From Escherichia phage skuden, in sequence record MN850585.1: a DNA stretch of 64,000 bases. One strand, 5' to 3'. Below the pieces are notes generated by a model. The model saw only the letters and a program-made list of their open reading frames with translations. It did not search any database and was not told the origin of the DNA. Made by a program: the position numbers and the translations under genes. Shown here piece by piece: positions 20,351 to 29,256 of this stretch (within the stretch, counting starts at the first letter, position 1; each line of letters opens with the position of its first letter).

Positions 20351-20506
20351 ATGAAACGCAAAGTAAAATTATTTAGTTTGTATGGAAGAGTCGGTAAAGG
20401 TTTTGACTGGCAACTGCTACGTTCAGATGTTAAAAGCAACGAGTTAGCACAGCTTATTATAAACTATCGACGAACATACAGAGAAGTAGAACATCGTGAA
20501 CAGTAA
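20351..20506 (+). CDS. hypothetical small basic protein
   Basis: ATG at 20351 in frame with ORF 20258..20506; MKRKVKLFSLYGRVGKG. Confidence 0.4.
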   Translation: MKRKVKLFSLYGRVGKGFDWQLLRSDVKSNELAQLIINYRRTYREVEHREQ

Positions 20507-20519
20507 TAGGAGAAGTATT

Positions 20520-20756
20520 ATGTGGAAAGCAGTAATTGCGCTTGGTGTTATTTTTCTATCTGGCTGCAACCCTTCTTATGAAGATAAAAATGCTTCTTAC
20601 AGCCTCCCACCAGAGATGCAAGATTGCAGAGTATACAAGTTACATGGTGATGCTATAAGTAGGGATATTGTTGTTGTCAGATGTCCAAACTCTCAAACAA
20701 CAACATCTTATAGCTATGGCAAAAATGGTCAATCACATACCACGGTTATTGAGTGA
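20520..20756 (+). CDS. putative lipoprotein
   Basis: Signal peptide plus lipobox MWKAVIALGVIFLSGC; RBS TAGGAGAAG upstream of ATG 20520. Confidence 0.55.
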   Translation: MWKAVIALGVIFLSGCNPSYEDKNASYSLPPEMQDCRVYKLHGDAISRDIVVVRCPNSQTTTSYSYGKNGQSHTTVIE

Positions 20757-20766
20757 GGTTTTCACG

Positions 20767-20973
20767 ATGGAAGTATTAGTAAACTATACCTATCGTTATG
20801 ATGTTGTTCACTCCACTACAACCGTAGCTCAACGTAATCCAATCGTCCCACGAGAAGGCGAGTTGGTTCGCATTGATGGTTGGACTTACACTGTGGAAAG
20901 CATCATTCATAAGTTTGATGTTGCTGGCGATGTTCAAGTTATCGACGTAGAGATTGGTGGTAAGAGAAAATGA
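20767..20973 (+). CDS. hypothetical protein
   Basis: Internal ATG (MEVLVNYTYRY) in frame of ORF 20668..20973 with RBS GAGG upstream. Confidence 0.4.
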   Translation: MEVLVNYTYRYDVVHSTTTVAQRNPIVPREGELVRIDGWTYTVESIIHKFDVAGDVQVIDVEIGGKRK

Positions 20974-21161
20974 ACAAAGAAGACAAGCACAAAAATGCTG
21001 TACGAACTCCTGATGGGAAGATTCAATCATTCACCCTGACAGTTGGTGGAAAGCCATTCCGTTGCCACTGCGGAGCAAATTGTTTTCATAAACCGGATAA
21101 AAATGACTTAGAGCTTTACGCATGTAATGCTTGCAATACTTGGTATCACTCAGAGGAATAA
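20970..21161 (+). CDS. small zinc-ribbon protein
   Basis: CHCGANCFH...CNACN Cys/His cluster, 63 aa. Confidence 0.4.
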   Translation: MNKEDKHKNAVRTPDGKIQSFTLTVGGKPFRCHCGANCFHKPDKNDLELYACNACNTWYHSEE

Positions 21162-21162
21162 A

Positions 21163-22263
21163 ATGACAATTCTGTACAAACAAAATAAAGATGGTTCCTT
21201 CAACGTCTGGTCATGCGTTGCTGTAGGTGACAAAGTTATTACAACCTACGGTAAAGAAAATGGCAAGATGATGTTTGAAGAGTATACAGCAGAACCTAAA
21301 AACATCGGTAAAAAGAATGAGCGTAACGCTGAACAGCAAGCTCTCTTTGAAGTCGCTGCTAAGTATAAAAAGCAAGTTGACCGCAAGGGTTACGCTTACA
21401 CAAAAGAGTCTGCACAGAATACTGAGAAGGTAGGTGTACAGCTTGCTCATGATGCTGCAAAGGTTAGTCATGCAAAGTATCTGAAGTTCCCTGCTGATGC
21501 TCAACCAAAACTTGATGGTGTACGTTGTAGAATTTCAAGAGATGATGATTCAGTTAGTTTCACGGCTTATTCTCGTGAGAATACTGTTTACAACGTTCCA
21601 GCAGAACTAATCCCAGATTTGCTTTTGTTGCTTAAATTGCACCCACAAGTCGAAGATTTTGATGGTGAGATTTATGCTCACGGTTGGGACTTAGAAGATA
21701 TTGTCTCTATGATTAAGAATGCTGACAATCCAGACCGTCACCTTCTTAAATTCTACTGGTATGATATCTGTGACAATTCAAAATCTTGGCCTGAGCGTCG
21801 TGAAGTTATTGATAACTCACCCATTGTTGAGATTGGGGATACCTGTAGAGTGGTTCCTGTACAGACTATCCGTGTAAATTCTTGGGAAGAGTTTGATGAA
21901 GCTCATGATAAGTGGGTTGAAGCTAAGTTTGAAGGTGCAATGTACCGTTCAATCTCTGAAGACTCCTTCTATGAGTGTTGTCACCGTTCATACTTCTTGA
22001 TTAAGCACAAGAAGATGCACACTGAAGAGTTTAAAGTGACTGGTGTAAAGACTGATAAACGTGGTCATGGCAAGTTCGTTGTAGAGACTCTTCCTAACGT
22101 CTTTGTAGATGTCTCATGGAAGACTACTCATGAGAAGAAACAGTATCTTGCTGAGCATCCTGAAGAGTTTATCGGGAAGCCTTTAACGGTACAGTTCCAG
22201 AAGATGACTCGTAAGGGTTCTTTACAGTTCCCTGTCGGGCTAGTTATTAGGGATTATGAGTAA
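21163..22263 (+). CDS. ATP-dependent DNA ligase
   Basis: Adenylation motif I KLDG (QPKLDGVRC); about 366 aa as in T7-type ligases; start ATG 21163 with RBS GAGGAA. Confidence 0.8.
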   Translation: MTILYKQNKDGSFNVWSCVAVGDKVITTYGKENGKMMFEEYTAEPKNIGKKNERNAEQQALFEVAAKYKKQVDRKGYAYTKESAQNTEKVGVQLAHDAAKVSHAKYLKFPADAQPKLDGVRCRISRDDDSVSFTAYSRENTVYNVPAELIPDLLLLLKLHPQVEDFDGEIYAHGWDLEDIVSMIKNADNPDRHLLKFYWYDICDNSKSWPERREVIDNSPIVEIGDTCRVVPVQTIRVNSWEEFDEAHDKWVEAKFEGAMYRSISEDSFYECCHRSYFLIKHKKMHTEEFKVTGVKTDKRGHGKFVVETLPNVFVDVSWKTTHEKKQYLAEHPEEFIGKPLTVQFQKMTRKGSLQFPVGLVIRDYE

Positions 22264-22420
22264 ACTATGTTAAGTACAATCATTCTGTTTGCATTAGTTG
22301 TCTTTGTGTTGTCTTACATCACAAGTAAACTTTTGAACACATCCTTTGCAATGGGTGTTTTGTTCACAATCTTTTGTTTTGTAACACATATAGCTGTCAG
22401 GACTTTTATATAAAAAGTTG

Positions 22421-22448
22421 TTGACATAGAAAATTTGGTGAGTATACT
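22421..22448 (+). promoter_or_regulatory. sigma70-like promoter
   Basis: TTGACA - 16 nt - TATACT. Confidence 0.5.
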
Positions 22449-22623
22449 GAGCAGCATAAACCAACGGGTACTCACCAGCATCACTTAAGAGTCTTCTAAG
22501 AGGGTTTTTAAGTCATGTATTGCACGGTAAGGTGATGTGAAGTCTGGTCTGGCATGGTGTAGTCTGGTATGGAAGGATGGCAGTAGCCTTATAAAAAATC
22601 TGCCAAATAAGCTATAAAATCTG

Positions 22624-22652
22624 TTGACAAGTCAGGTGTTATAGCTTATTTT
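22624..22652 (+). promoter_or_regulatory. sigma70-like promoter
   Basis: TTGACA - 17 nt - TATTTT, upstream of ORF 22697. Confidence 0.45.
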
Positions 22653-22696
22653 TATACTCAATGTAATACAAAATTTAATATAGCTTTGAGGTCATT

Positions 22697-23080
22697 ATGA
22701 AAAAGATTTTATTAGCTGCTGCAATGGTTATGGCAATGAATTTACCAGTCAATGCAACAGAACTTCCAAATGTGGACTTATCAGGTGTTCCAGAAGATAC
22801 TTGCCAGATTGTAAAAGGTGTTGCTCTAGCTAATGGTGAGCTACTTAAACCAATCTCTGAAGAATCTTTGACAGAGATGACTGATAAGGTGACTGACTAC
22901 CAGTATCGTGTTCTTGCAGAGTATTTCCTGCAATCTGCAAATATTAAAGAGAAGCACCATGATGATATTGATGTACAGGCGATGCTCAACCACCGTATCC
23001 AGTTTAAAGAAGATTTGATGCAAAAAGCCATGTATGGTGTTGAGTATTTCTTAGAAAACAGAAGCTGCACAGGTATTTGA
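22697..23080 (+). CDS. secreted/periplasmic protein of unknown function
   Basis: N-terminal signal peptide MKKILLAAAMVMAMNLPVNA-TE. Confidence 0.5.
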   Translation: MKKILLAAAMVMAMNLPVNATELPNVDLSGVPEDTCQIVKGVALANGELLKPISEESLTEMTDKVTDYQYRVLAEYFLQSANIKEKHHDDIDVQAMLNHRIQFKEDLMQKAMYGVEYFLENRSCTGI

Positions 23081-23081
23081 T

Positions 23082-23294
23082 ATGGCTCTTAAAAAGTTAC
23101 ATCCCAGAAGCGGTTATGGTAAGATAATTGACGATACAGATGGCTTTACAGTCTTTACAGTTATCTGTCAAGATGATTCACAGATTGAAAAGGCTCTTGA
23201 TGATTATCTTAACGATGAACGTGAAAAGGTTAGGGCTACAAACATAGATTCATTGATTGATACTTCACGCAAACGGAAGAAGAAAGATGAATGA
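23082..23294 (+). CDS. hypothetical protein
   Basis: ORF track 70 aa. Confidence 0.4.
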   Translation: MALKKLHPRSGYGKIIDDTDGFTVFTVICQDDSQIEKALDDYLNDEREKVRATNIDSLIDTSRKRKKKDE

Positions 23295-23586
23295 AGCTTT
23301 TGACCCTTATTCCCCACAAGATGATTGGGAGGCTGATAGAGAGGCTGAAATGGAGAGTTATATTTGTCCAATGGATGTAGACGAAATGAGAGACTTCGTT
23401 GCACATCGTTTTAAGAGAGAGATTAAATCCAGAGGTCTTTCTCAAGAGCAAGTTGCTAAAATTTGTGGTATCTCTCAGGCTCGTGTATCCAACATAATCC
23501 ACCTCACTGGTAATGTTTCCCTTGAGTATATGTTGGAAGTATGTGAAAAATTTGGTGTTAATTTCAATTTAAGGTTGGCAGATTAA
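23287..23586 (+). CDS. putative helix-turn-helix DNA-binding protein
   Basis: LSQEQVAKICGISQARVSNI resembles XRE-type HTH; start taken at MNEAFDPY. Confidence 0.45.
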   Translation: MNEAFDPYSPQDDWEADREAEMESYICPMDVDEMRDFVAHRFKREIKSRGLSQEQVAKICGISQARVSNIIHLTGNVSLEYMLEVCEKFGVNFNLRLAD

Positions 23587-23587
23587 T

Positions 23588-23947
23588 ATGAAACGCGAAA
23601 ACATTATCCACTCTGAAAACTTCGCATTAGGCTTTTATGGCGTACCAACTCACCTTGAAAAGTATTATGGTGTGAAGATTCTCTCCAATCTCATTATGGC
23701 TTACAAAGATGGTAAGATTAAGCACACTGAGAAGAAACGTGTCATGGGCTATATGGCTGTAGGCTCAGCAATCTCAAACATTAAGCTGGAAACAACTAGC
23801 AGTCAGGTTGTGAAAGACCACTTCATCAAAGAGCTTTACCAGAATCTTGATGGTGTAGATGTTCAGGCTGTTTGGTTGGATGTTGATGGCCATAACTACA
23901 CAAGTTTCGTTTTCAAAAATGATGACATTAAGTGTCTGTTCCCATAA
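23588..23947 (+). CDS. hypothetical protein
   Basis: ORF track 119 aa. Confidence 0.45.
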   Translation: MKRENIIHSENFALGFYGVPTHLEKYYGVKILSNLIMAYKDGKIKHTEKKRVMGYMAVGSAISNIKLETTSSQVVKDHFIKELYQNLDGVDVQAVWLDVDGHNYTSFVFKNDDIKCLFP

Positions 23948-23960
23948 TAGGTGATTAACT

Positions 23961-24476
23961 ATGATTGATATCTACTTACAAGATGCTCATGCAGACTTCC
24001 TTAAAGAAATGCTTAAAAAATTTATGGCTTCACAGTATGAGAATGAAGCATCTTTTAAAATAGTTACATGTGGCGATGAAGCTGGTTTTGTTGAGATTGA
24101 GCATGAAGGTACTGGAAAGACTGTTTGTAAGCTACCTGATAGTATGTTCTCTAAAACGTTCTTAACAAAGACTAGTATAAATGTTAAACTTGTACCACAG
24201 ATTGAAACATATTCTGGTACAGATTACCCTAAAGGTTTCAAGTCACTAATGAAGTACTTCTTAGATGACTTTGTGAGTAATCTTCTGAGGGAGGTAAAAG
24301 AAAGTCGTACAGTGTTGACTGTAGAGAACATGGGAGGGACTATCAAGGTCACTTCTGACTGTTTTGTTATGAGCCTCTTCGACTTCGTTCCTAAGAACTT
24401 TGATGGTATTCTGGATGAAGAAGATGACTGTGTAGACTTTATATTGGTTCTTGAGCCAGTTTTTGAGGTTAAGTAA
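23961..24476 (+). CDS. hypothetical protein
   Basis: ORF track 171 aa. Confidence 0.45.
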   Translation: MIDIYLQDAHADFLKEMLKKFMASQYENEASFKIVTCGDEAGFVEIEHEGTGKTVCKLPDSMFSKTFLTKTSINVKLVPQIETYSGTDYPKGFKSLMKYFLDDFVSNLLREVKESRTVLTVENMGGTIKVTSDCFVMSLFDFVPKNFDGILDEEDDCVDFILVLEPVFEVK

Positions 24477-24737
24477 ATGAAAATTGAACACTGCTATGAG
24501 TCTGACGGAACACCTATCCGTTGTCCACATTGTGGGTGTACAGACTTACAAGGCGAGGTAAGTGAAATAGTCAATGGTCATATTGCTGAAGAGAGTACAA
24601 GGTGTATAGGGTGTAATGAAATCATTGCTTTCTGGGCTTATGGTTCATACCAACCCTCTCCACATTTTATCTACCATCGTAGTAAAGTTGTGAAGAGTGT
24701 CATCAACTGGTTCATTAAGAAAGGGTTTACAAAATGA
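24477..24737 (+). CDS. small zinc-finger protein
   Basis: CPHCGC...CIGCN Cys pairs, 86 aa. Confidence 0.4.
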   Translation: MKIEHCYESDGTPIRCPHCGCTDLQGEVSEIVNGHIAEESTRCIGCNEIIAFWAYGSYQPSPHFIYHRSKVVKSVINWFIKKGFTK

Positions 24738-25279
24738 TTAAACTAATATTTGCAAGTGGTGAAAACGGTGAATTTGGTACACCGACTGGTATGCCGTGGC
24801 CTCGACATAAACAGGACATGCAAGAGTTTAAGAGACTCACTAAAAATAACTTAGTAGTCATGGGTAATGAGACTTTTAAGACTCTGGGTAGTAAACCTTT
24901 ACCAGAACGTGCAAACCTCATCTTAACAAATTCTGTACCATACTTAGGCATAGACTTTGGCAAAGATGATGTAATGTATGCTAAAGCCAGTAAAGAGTCA
25001 TTTGGAGCATTTTTGAAGTATCTTGATAGCTCTATTGATGAAGATGTCTTTGTAATTGGTGGTGCAGGTATCCTTGTCAATGCTTTACCGTATGCTAGTG
25101 TGGTGTTCCATACTGTTTTCCATAAAGTTACTGAAGAGGCCACTGTGCATTTACCTTTTGAAAACTTCTTTGAGAAGCTGTATGATAACCGTGTGTTTAC
25201 AAAGGTACAGTCAAAACCATCAGAGGATGGTAAAGCAACTTTTGAAATTTATGTTCCACAAGTAAAAGGACACTTTTGA
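24734..25279 (+). CDS. dihydrofolate reductase
   Basis: MIKLIFASGENGEFGTPTGMPW start typical of DHFR; 181 aa; directly upstream of thymidylate synthase. Confidence 0.8.
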   Translation: MIKLIFASGENGEFGTPTGMPWPRHKQDMQEFKRLTKNNLVVMGNETFKTLGSKPLPERANLILTNSVPYLGIDFGKDDVMYAKASKESFGAFLKYLDSSIDEDVFVIGGAGILVNALPYASVVFHTVFHKVTEEATVHLPFENFFEKLYDNRVFTKVQSKPSEDGKATFEIYVPQVKGHF

Positions 25280-25280
25280 T

Positions 25281-26180
25281 ATGTCACAAGCAGATACAAG
25301 TTACAAAAATATCTTGAACCATGTTTTATCCGTTGGTGAACTGCGTACTACACGAACTGGAGATGTTATCTCTGCATTTGCTCCACCAAAGTTTCGTTTT
25401 GACATGCGTACTGGTTTCCCACTCTTAACATCTAAACAGGTGTTTACACGGCAAGTTATTGGGGAAGCTTTATGGTTCCTGAACGGCGAGAATAAGCTGG
25501 GTGAACTTCGTTACCGTACTTGGGGTGAAAATGACGGAGAACGCTGGACTATCTGGTCAGATGATTTTAAACGTTGGTTAAGCTCTAATTATTCTTCTGA
25601 ACAAGATTGGTTAGAAGATGCAGGTGGAAGAATCTACGGGGTTCAGTGGAGAAACTTTGAAGGTCATAACGGTTGTGTTGTAGACCAGCTAGAGACCTTA
25701 GTAACGAAGATGAAGGGTGATATCACAGACCGTTACATGCTTGTGAATGCTTGGAATGCAGCAGATATTGCAGCAAACTCAATGGCTCTAGCACCTTGTC
25801 ATGTTCTGTTTCAGATTTATATCACTAATGAGGGTGAAGTTGACTTACAATGGTATCAGCGTTCTGTAGACACCTTTTTAGGACTTCCGTTTAACATTGC
25901 ATCCTATGGTTTTATTCTGGAAGTTCTTTGCAAGATGACTGGATACACTCCACGGTACTTGATAGGTGTCTTTGGAGATACTCAGATTTATCAGAATCAT
26001 ATGAAGCAGGTTTATGAACTGATGAACAATGAAGAGTTCCATGCACCAACTTTTGAGATTGGTCTACAACTTAATACTTTAAGTGACCTGAAACATCTTA
26101 CTGCAAGTGACTTTATCGGTGGAATTAGTAACTACCAACATGCAGGAAAGATTGAAGCACCTTTGTCAGTAGGTAAGTAG
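25281..26180 (+). CDS. thymidylate synthase
   Basis: 299 aa; LRTTRTGDV, FLGLPFNIASY and active-site region LAPCHVLFQ typical of ThyA. Confidence 0.9.
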   Translation: MSQADTSYKNILNHVLSVGELRTTRTGDVISAFAPPKFRFDMRTGFPLLTSKQVFTRQVIGEALWFLNGENKLGELRYRTWGENDGERWTIWSDDFKRWLSSNYSSEQDWLEDAGGRIYGVQWRNFEGHNGCVVDQLETLVTKMKGDITDRYMLVNAWNAADIAANSMALAPCHVLFQIYITNEGEVDLQWYQRSVDTFLGLPFNIASYGFILEVLCKMTGYTPRYLIGVFGDTQIYQNHMKQVYELMNNEEFHAPTFEIGLQLNTLSDLKHLTASDFIGGISNYQHAGKIEAPLSVGK

Positions 26181-26188
26181 AAACAAAA

Positions 26189-26222
26189 AAGGCTCCCGTA
26201 AAAAGGAGCCTTAAAATTTTAT
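26189..26222. terminator. bidirectional hairpin terminator between convergent genes
   Basis: aaaaaaGGCTCCcgtaaaaaGGAGCCttaaaattttatttt. Confidence 0.6.
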
Positions 26223-26590
26223 TTTTCAGTATTCTTTGTGTTCTTTTCAGTAATAGCTTGGAGGGCTGATACTGATTGAGCCAGATTGTTAACACTATCA
26301 GAGAATTTATCAAGAGTCTTAGTAAGTTTTGCGTTCTCTCCCTTAACATTCTCTAACTGAACTTTCTGGTTCTCCATCCCTAGCTGAATCAGTCTCATGT
26401 CAGACTGTAAATCACGAATAGCTGAATAGTTACTTTTGGAATAATTATCTAGCTGCTGTAACTTTGTTGTGACAGACACTTCTTGCTTACCACTTGAAAC
26501 TTGCATGGTGGTATACATCCCAATAACACTAAAAATACCAACAACAATTGCACCAATATTGTTTTTAAAAGCTTCCTCTAGCCACTTCAT
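26219..26590 (-). CDS. membrane-anchored coiled-coil protein (spanin-like candidate)
   Basis: N-terminal TM segment IGAIVVGIFSVIGMYTT then coiled coil; 123 aa. Confidence 0.35.
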   Translation of the reverse strand: MKWLEEAFKNNIGAIVVGIFSVIGMYTTMQVSSGKQEVSVTTKLQQLDNYSKSNYSAIRDLQSDMRLIQLGMENQKVQLENVKGENAKLTKTLDKFSDSVNNLAQSVSALQAITEKNTKNTEK

Positions 26591-26785
26591 TTATTTCTCC
26601 CCCTTAAAAGCTTTTTCTAAGTTGTCTACGAACTCATCATCGATAGGCGTGTCTGTTTTACTCGCAAGATATCTTGCAAGCCTAAAGAACACTTTCTCAA
26701 TCATGTATTCACTCAGAAGGGATAAAATGAGTTTCCAGAAGAAGCTACCTAGATTTTTTAGAAGAATTGCTAGGATTGTAGGCAT
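26591..26785 (-). CDS. small membrane protein (holin candidate)
   Basis: 64 aa, hydrophobic N-terminus, charged C-terminus. Confidence 0.3.
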   Translation of the reverse strand: MPTILAILLKNLGSFFWKLILSLLSEYMIEKVFFRLARYLASKTDTPIDDEFVDNLEKAFKGEK

Positions 26786-26864
26786 TTAATCACCTCATCA
26801 GCCAAGATGGTGAGAATACCCATAAAGAATATTAACACCATCTTAACAATCAGTCAACAAGGGA

Positions 26865-29210
26865 TTAAGCAGTTCTCACCCAAGCCATTAACTTGTAGAA
26901 CTGGTTAGTAACACTAAATGCTGAACCAGAACCTGTACCACCAGTGTTACCACTAACTGTATGGCTGTGAGCACCAATACCAACACTGTGAGCATGGTTA
27001 CCAGCAGAAGCGGCAGTACCACTTACAGAGTGGGTGTGAGCACCGTTAGCATCGGTGTAACCCGGTCCTACACCAATACTACCACCACCACCACCAGAGT
27101 AGTGTGTAGAGTTCTGACCAATCCACGAAATGGAATGGTTGTGGTTACCAGCAGATGAAGTAGAGCCACTTACAGAGTGAGCGTGAGCACCAGTCGTGTT
27201 AGTGTTTTTTGTTCCGTAGTCAAAAGATGAAGTGGTAGCAGAAAAACTGTGAGTGTGTGAAGGCAAGTTCCCAACAGCTAACGTCACAGAGTCTGAACCA
27301 CCAGTTGTAGCAACATCTGAACCATTTGCTGCTGCAATTCTGATAGTTCTACCAACACCATTGTTGAGGTACGTCCAAGTTAGACCAGGCAGTGCTGTAT
27401 TAGGGTTAACATTACTGTTAAACCACGTTACAATACCTACTGGATAGATTTTATTAAGGTCTGTAGAGTCACTTACTGCCTGTGCAATCTTCTGGTCAGT
27501 TTCAGTTTTAGTGTATGCACCAATATCTGAAGGGGTTGGTTTAAATGCCGTTGAATACAACTGTGCCTCTCCAACATATTCTCCATCTGACCCATAAGCA
27601 TATGTGAAGACATCAAGACCTTTAGACCCATATGTAAAAGCAATACCTCTGGCATGAGCAATGCCAGCAGAGTGTGCTACATGGATGGCTAAATCTTTCA
27701 GACCCTGCTCAATATCGTTATTTCTTACAAACCCTGAATAATCTTTATTGAATGACGCTGTGTCCTCCAACCTATTAGTTGTCCTTACCATTAAAGATTG
27801 GTTTAGCAGTTTTGTTTTTAAGAAATATCTAGCATCTAAGTTAGACCAATCAGAAGGCTGCACTTGACCAGTGATTTTGACAGTTTTATTCAACAAGAAA
27901 TCATCTTTCATATAAATCGTAGTTGCGGTTCTGTCGTTATGGATAACAAATCTTTCTGGGTTGGATGGTTCCCCATTCCCAATGTACCACCTTCTAACAC
28001 CATCAGCATTATGACCAGCAAAGTATAGCTCTCTGTCTTGTGTAGTATTCTTTAGCTGTAACAATGAGCCATTCTGATTAATAATCTGTGCAATCCTAAA
28101 AGTGTTTACATCACTTAACTTAGCAAGATTGCTCAAAGTTCCTGCTGAGATGTATCTAGAGTCAATGTTAGTCCAATCTGAAGGTTGAACTTGACCAGTG
28201 ATTTTCACAGTCTTAGTAGTGGTAATCACATTTGACAAAGAGATAGTTGTACTCGTGGTGTAGTTATGTAGGTTGACTACAGAATCAGAGTCATCAGTCC
28301 CTAAGTAGAACTTGTTTGTCCCATCAGCCTTCTGCCCCAGCAAGTACAGTCCAGTTGCAGCAGTGGCATTCTTAACGACTAGCACAGCGTTATCTCTGGT
28401 GATATTGAACTCTCCTACAAAATTGTTAATACCCCTGAAGGTGTTATTGCCAACTAGCTGCGCAAATCTCTGATTAGCTGCTGTCTGAGTAAAGTATCTA
28501 GCATCTAAGTTAGAGAAGTCAGAAGGTTGAACCTGTCCAGTAATAGCGAGAGCCTTATTAACAGACACAATTGCACCTAGAGTGATTCTTGAACCTCTGC
28601 TGTTTTCGAGATGAACATCAAGACTTCCTCGAGTTAGATTCCCAACAGCCCAAGTTTTATCATTATTGGCATTTCGACCTACAATAGCGGAGTATGCCTC
28701 ACTTGCACCCGCAGGGGTCTTCAGTGTCAACTGCTCACCATTTGCTACGACACTCTGTTTAGCTTGGAATGAGTTTGTAACAGCAAGTCTTGCATATCTT
28801 GCATCATTCTCTTCATTAGTTCTCATCCCAAGTTCATTAGGACTTGGCTTATTAAGAGTATGATAAACAGTTGCAGACCTTGAAGCATCTGCAATAGTTA
28901 GTTTAAGACCATTTGCATTGATTTTAAAAGCCTTTAAAACATCCCCCATAGTAATCTCAGAAGAACCTGTAGGGTCAAATACTGCCTTACCACCATAAAG
29001 TAACTTGACAATTCCTAAGTCACCCGTCATAGTGCTACCAGCAATCTGGACAAATCTTTCTAGTTTAAAAGACGCTAAGAAGTCTTGATAGGTCATTCGA
29101 CGGTCTTCATCACCCAGCATTTCAGGTCTCTTTTTAACCCTGATATGAAGGAGGTCGTCTGAACGAATTGTATCAATTGAGTTTAATTCACTCAACTTGT
29201 AATCTGCCAT
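26865..29210 (-). CDS. tail fibre protein (long)
   Basis: 781 aa; three internal repeats KITGQVQPSD(W/F)(S/T)N(L/I)D(A/S)RY; C-terminal Gly/Ser-rich region with six H-x-H motifs. Confidence 0.75.
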   Translation of the reverse strand: MADYKLSELNSIDTIRSDDLLHIRVKKRPEMLGDEDRRMTYQDFLASFKLERFVQIAGSTMTGDLGIVKLLYGGKAVFDPTGSSEITMGDVLKAFKINANGLKLTIADASRSATVYHTLNKPSPNELGMRTNEENDARYARLAVTNSFQAKQSVVANGEQLTLKTPAGASEAYSAIVGRNANNDKTWAVGNLTRGSLDVHLENSRGSRITLGAIVSVNKALAITGQVQPSDFSNLDARYFTQTAANQRFAQLVGNNTFRGINNFVGEFNITRDNAVLVVKNATAATGLYLLGQKADGTNKFYLGTDDSDSVVNLHNYTTSTTISLSNVITTTKTVKITGQVQPSDWTNIDSRYISAGTLSNLAKLSDVNTFRIAQIINQNGSLLQLKNTTQDRELYFAGHNADGVRRWYIGNGEPSNPERFVIHNDRTATTIYMKDDFLLNKTVKITGQVQPSDWSNLDARYFLKTKLLNQSLMVRTTNRLEDTASFNKDYSGFVRNNDIEQGLKDLAIHVAHSAGIAHARGIAFTYGSKGLDVFTYAYGSDGEYVGEAQLYSTAFKPTPSDIGAYTKTETDQKIAQAVSDSTDLNKIYPVGIVTWFNSNVNPNTALPGLTWTYLNNGVGRTIRIAAANGSDVATTGGSDSVTLAVGNLPSHTHSFSATTSSFDYGTKNTNTTGAHAHSVSGSTSSAGNHNHSISWIGQNSTHYSGGGGGSIGVGPGYTDANGAHTHSVSGTAASAGNHAHSVGIGAHSHTVSGNTGGTGSGSAFSVTNQFYKLMAWVRTA
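27790..28590 (-). repeat. three tandem repeats of about 300 bp inside the long tail fibre gene
   Basis: Repeated protein segments around the ITGQVQPSD motif; repeated nucleotide blocks containing cagaaggttgaac-tgaccagtgatttt. Confidence 0.6.
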
Positions 29211-29256
29211 TATAAATTTTCCTCTTAAAAGGGGCTATACAGCCCCTGTAAAGAAA

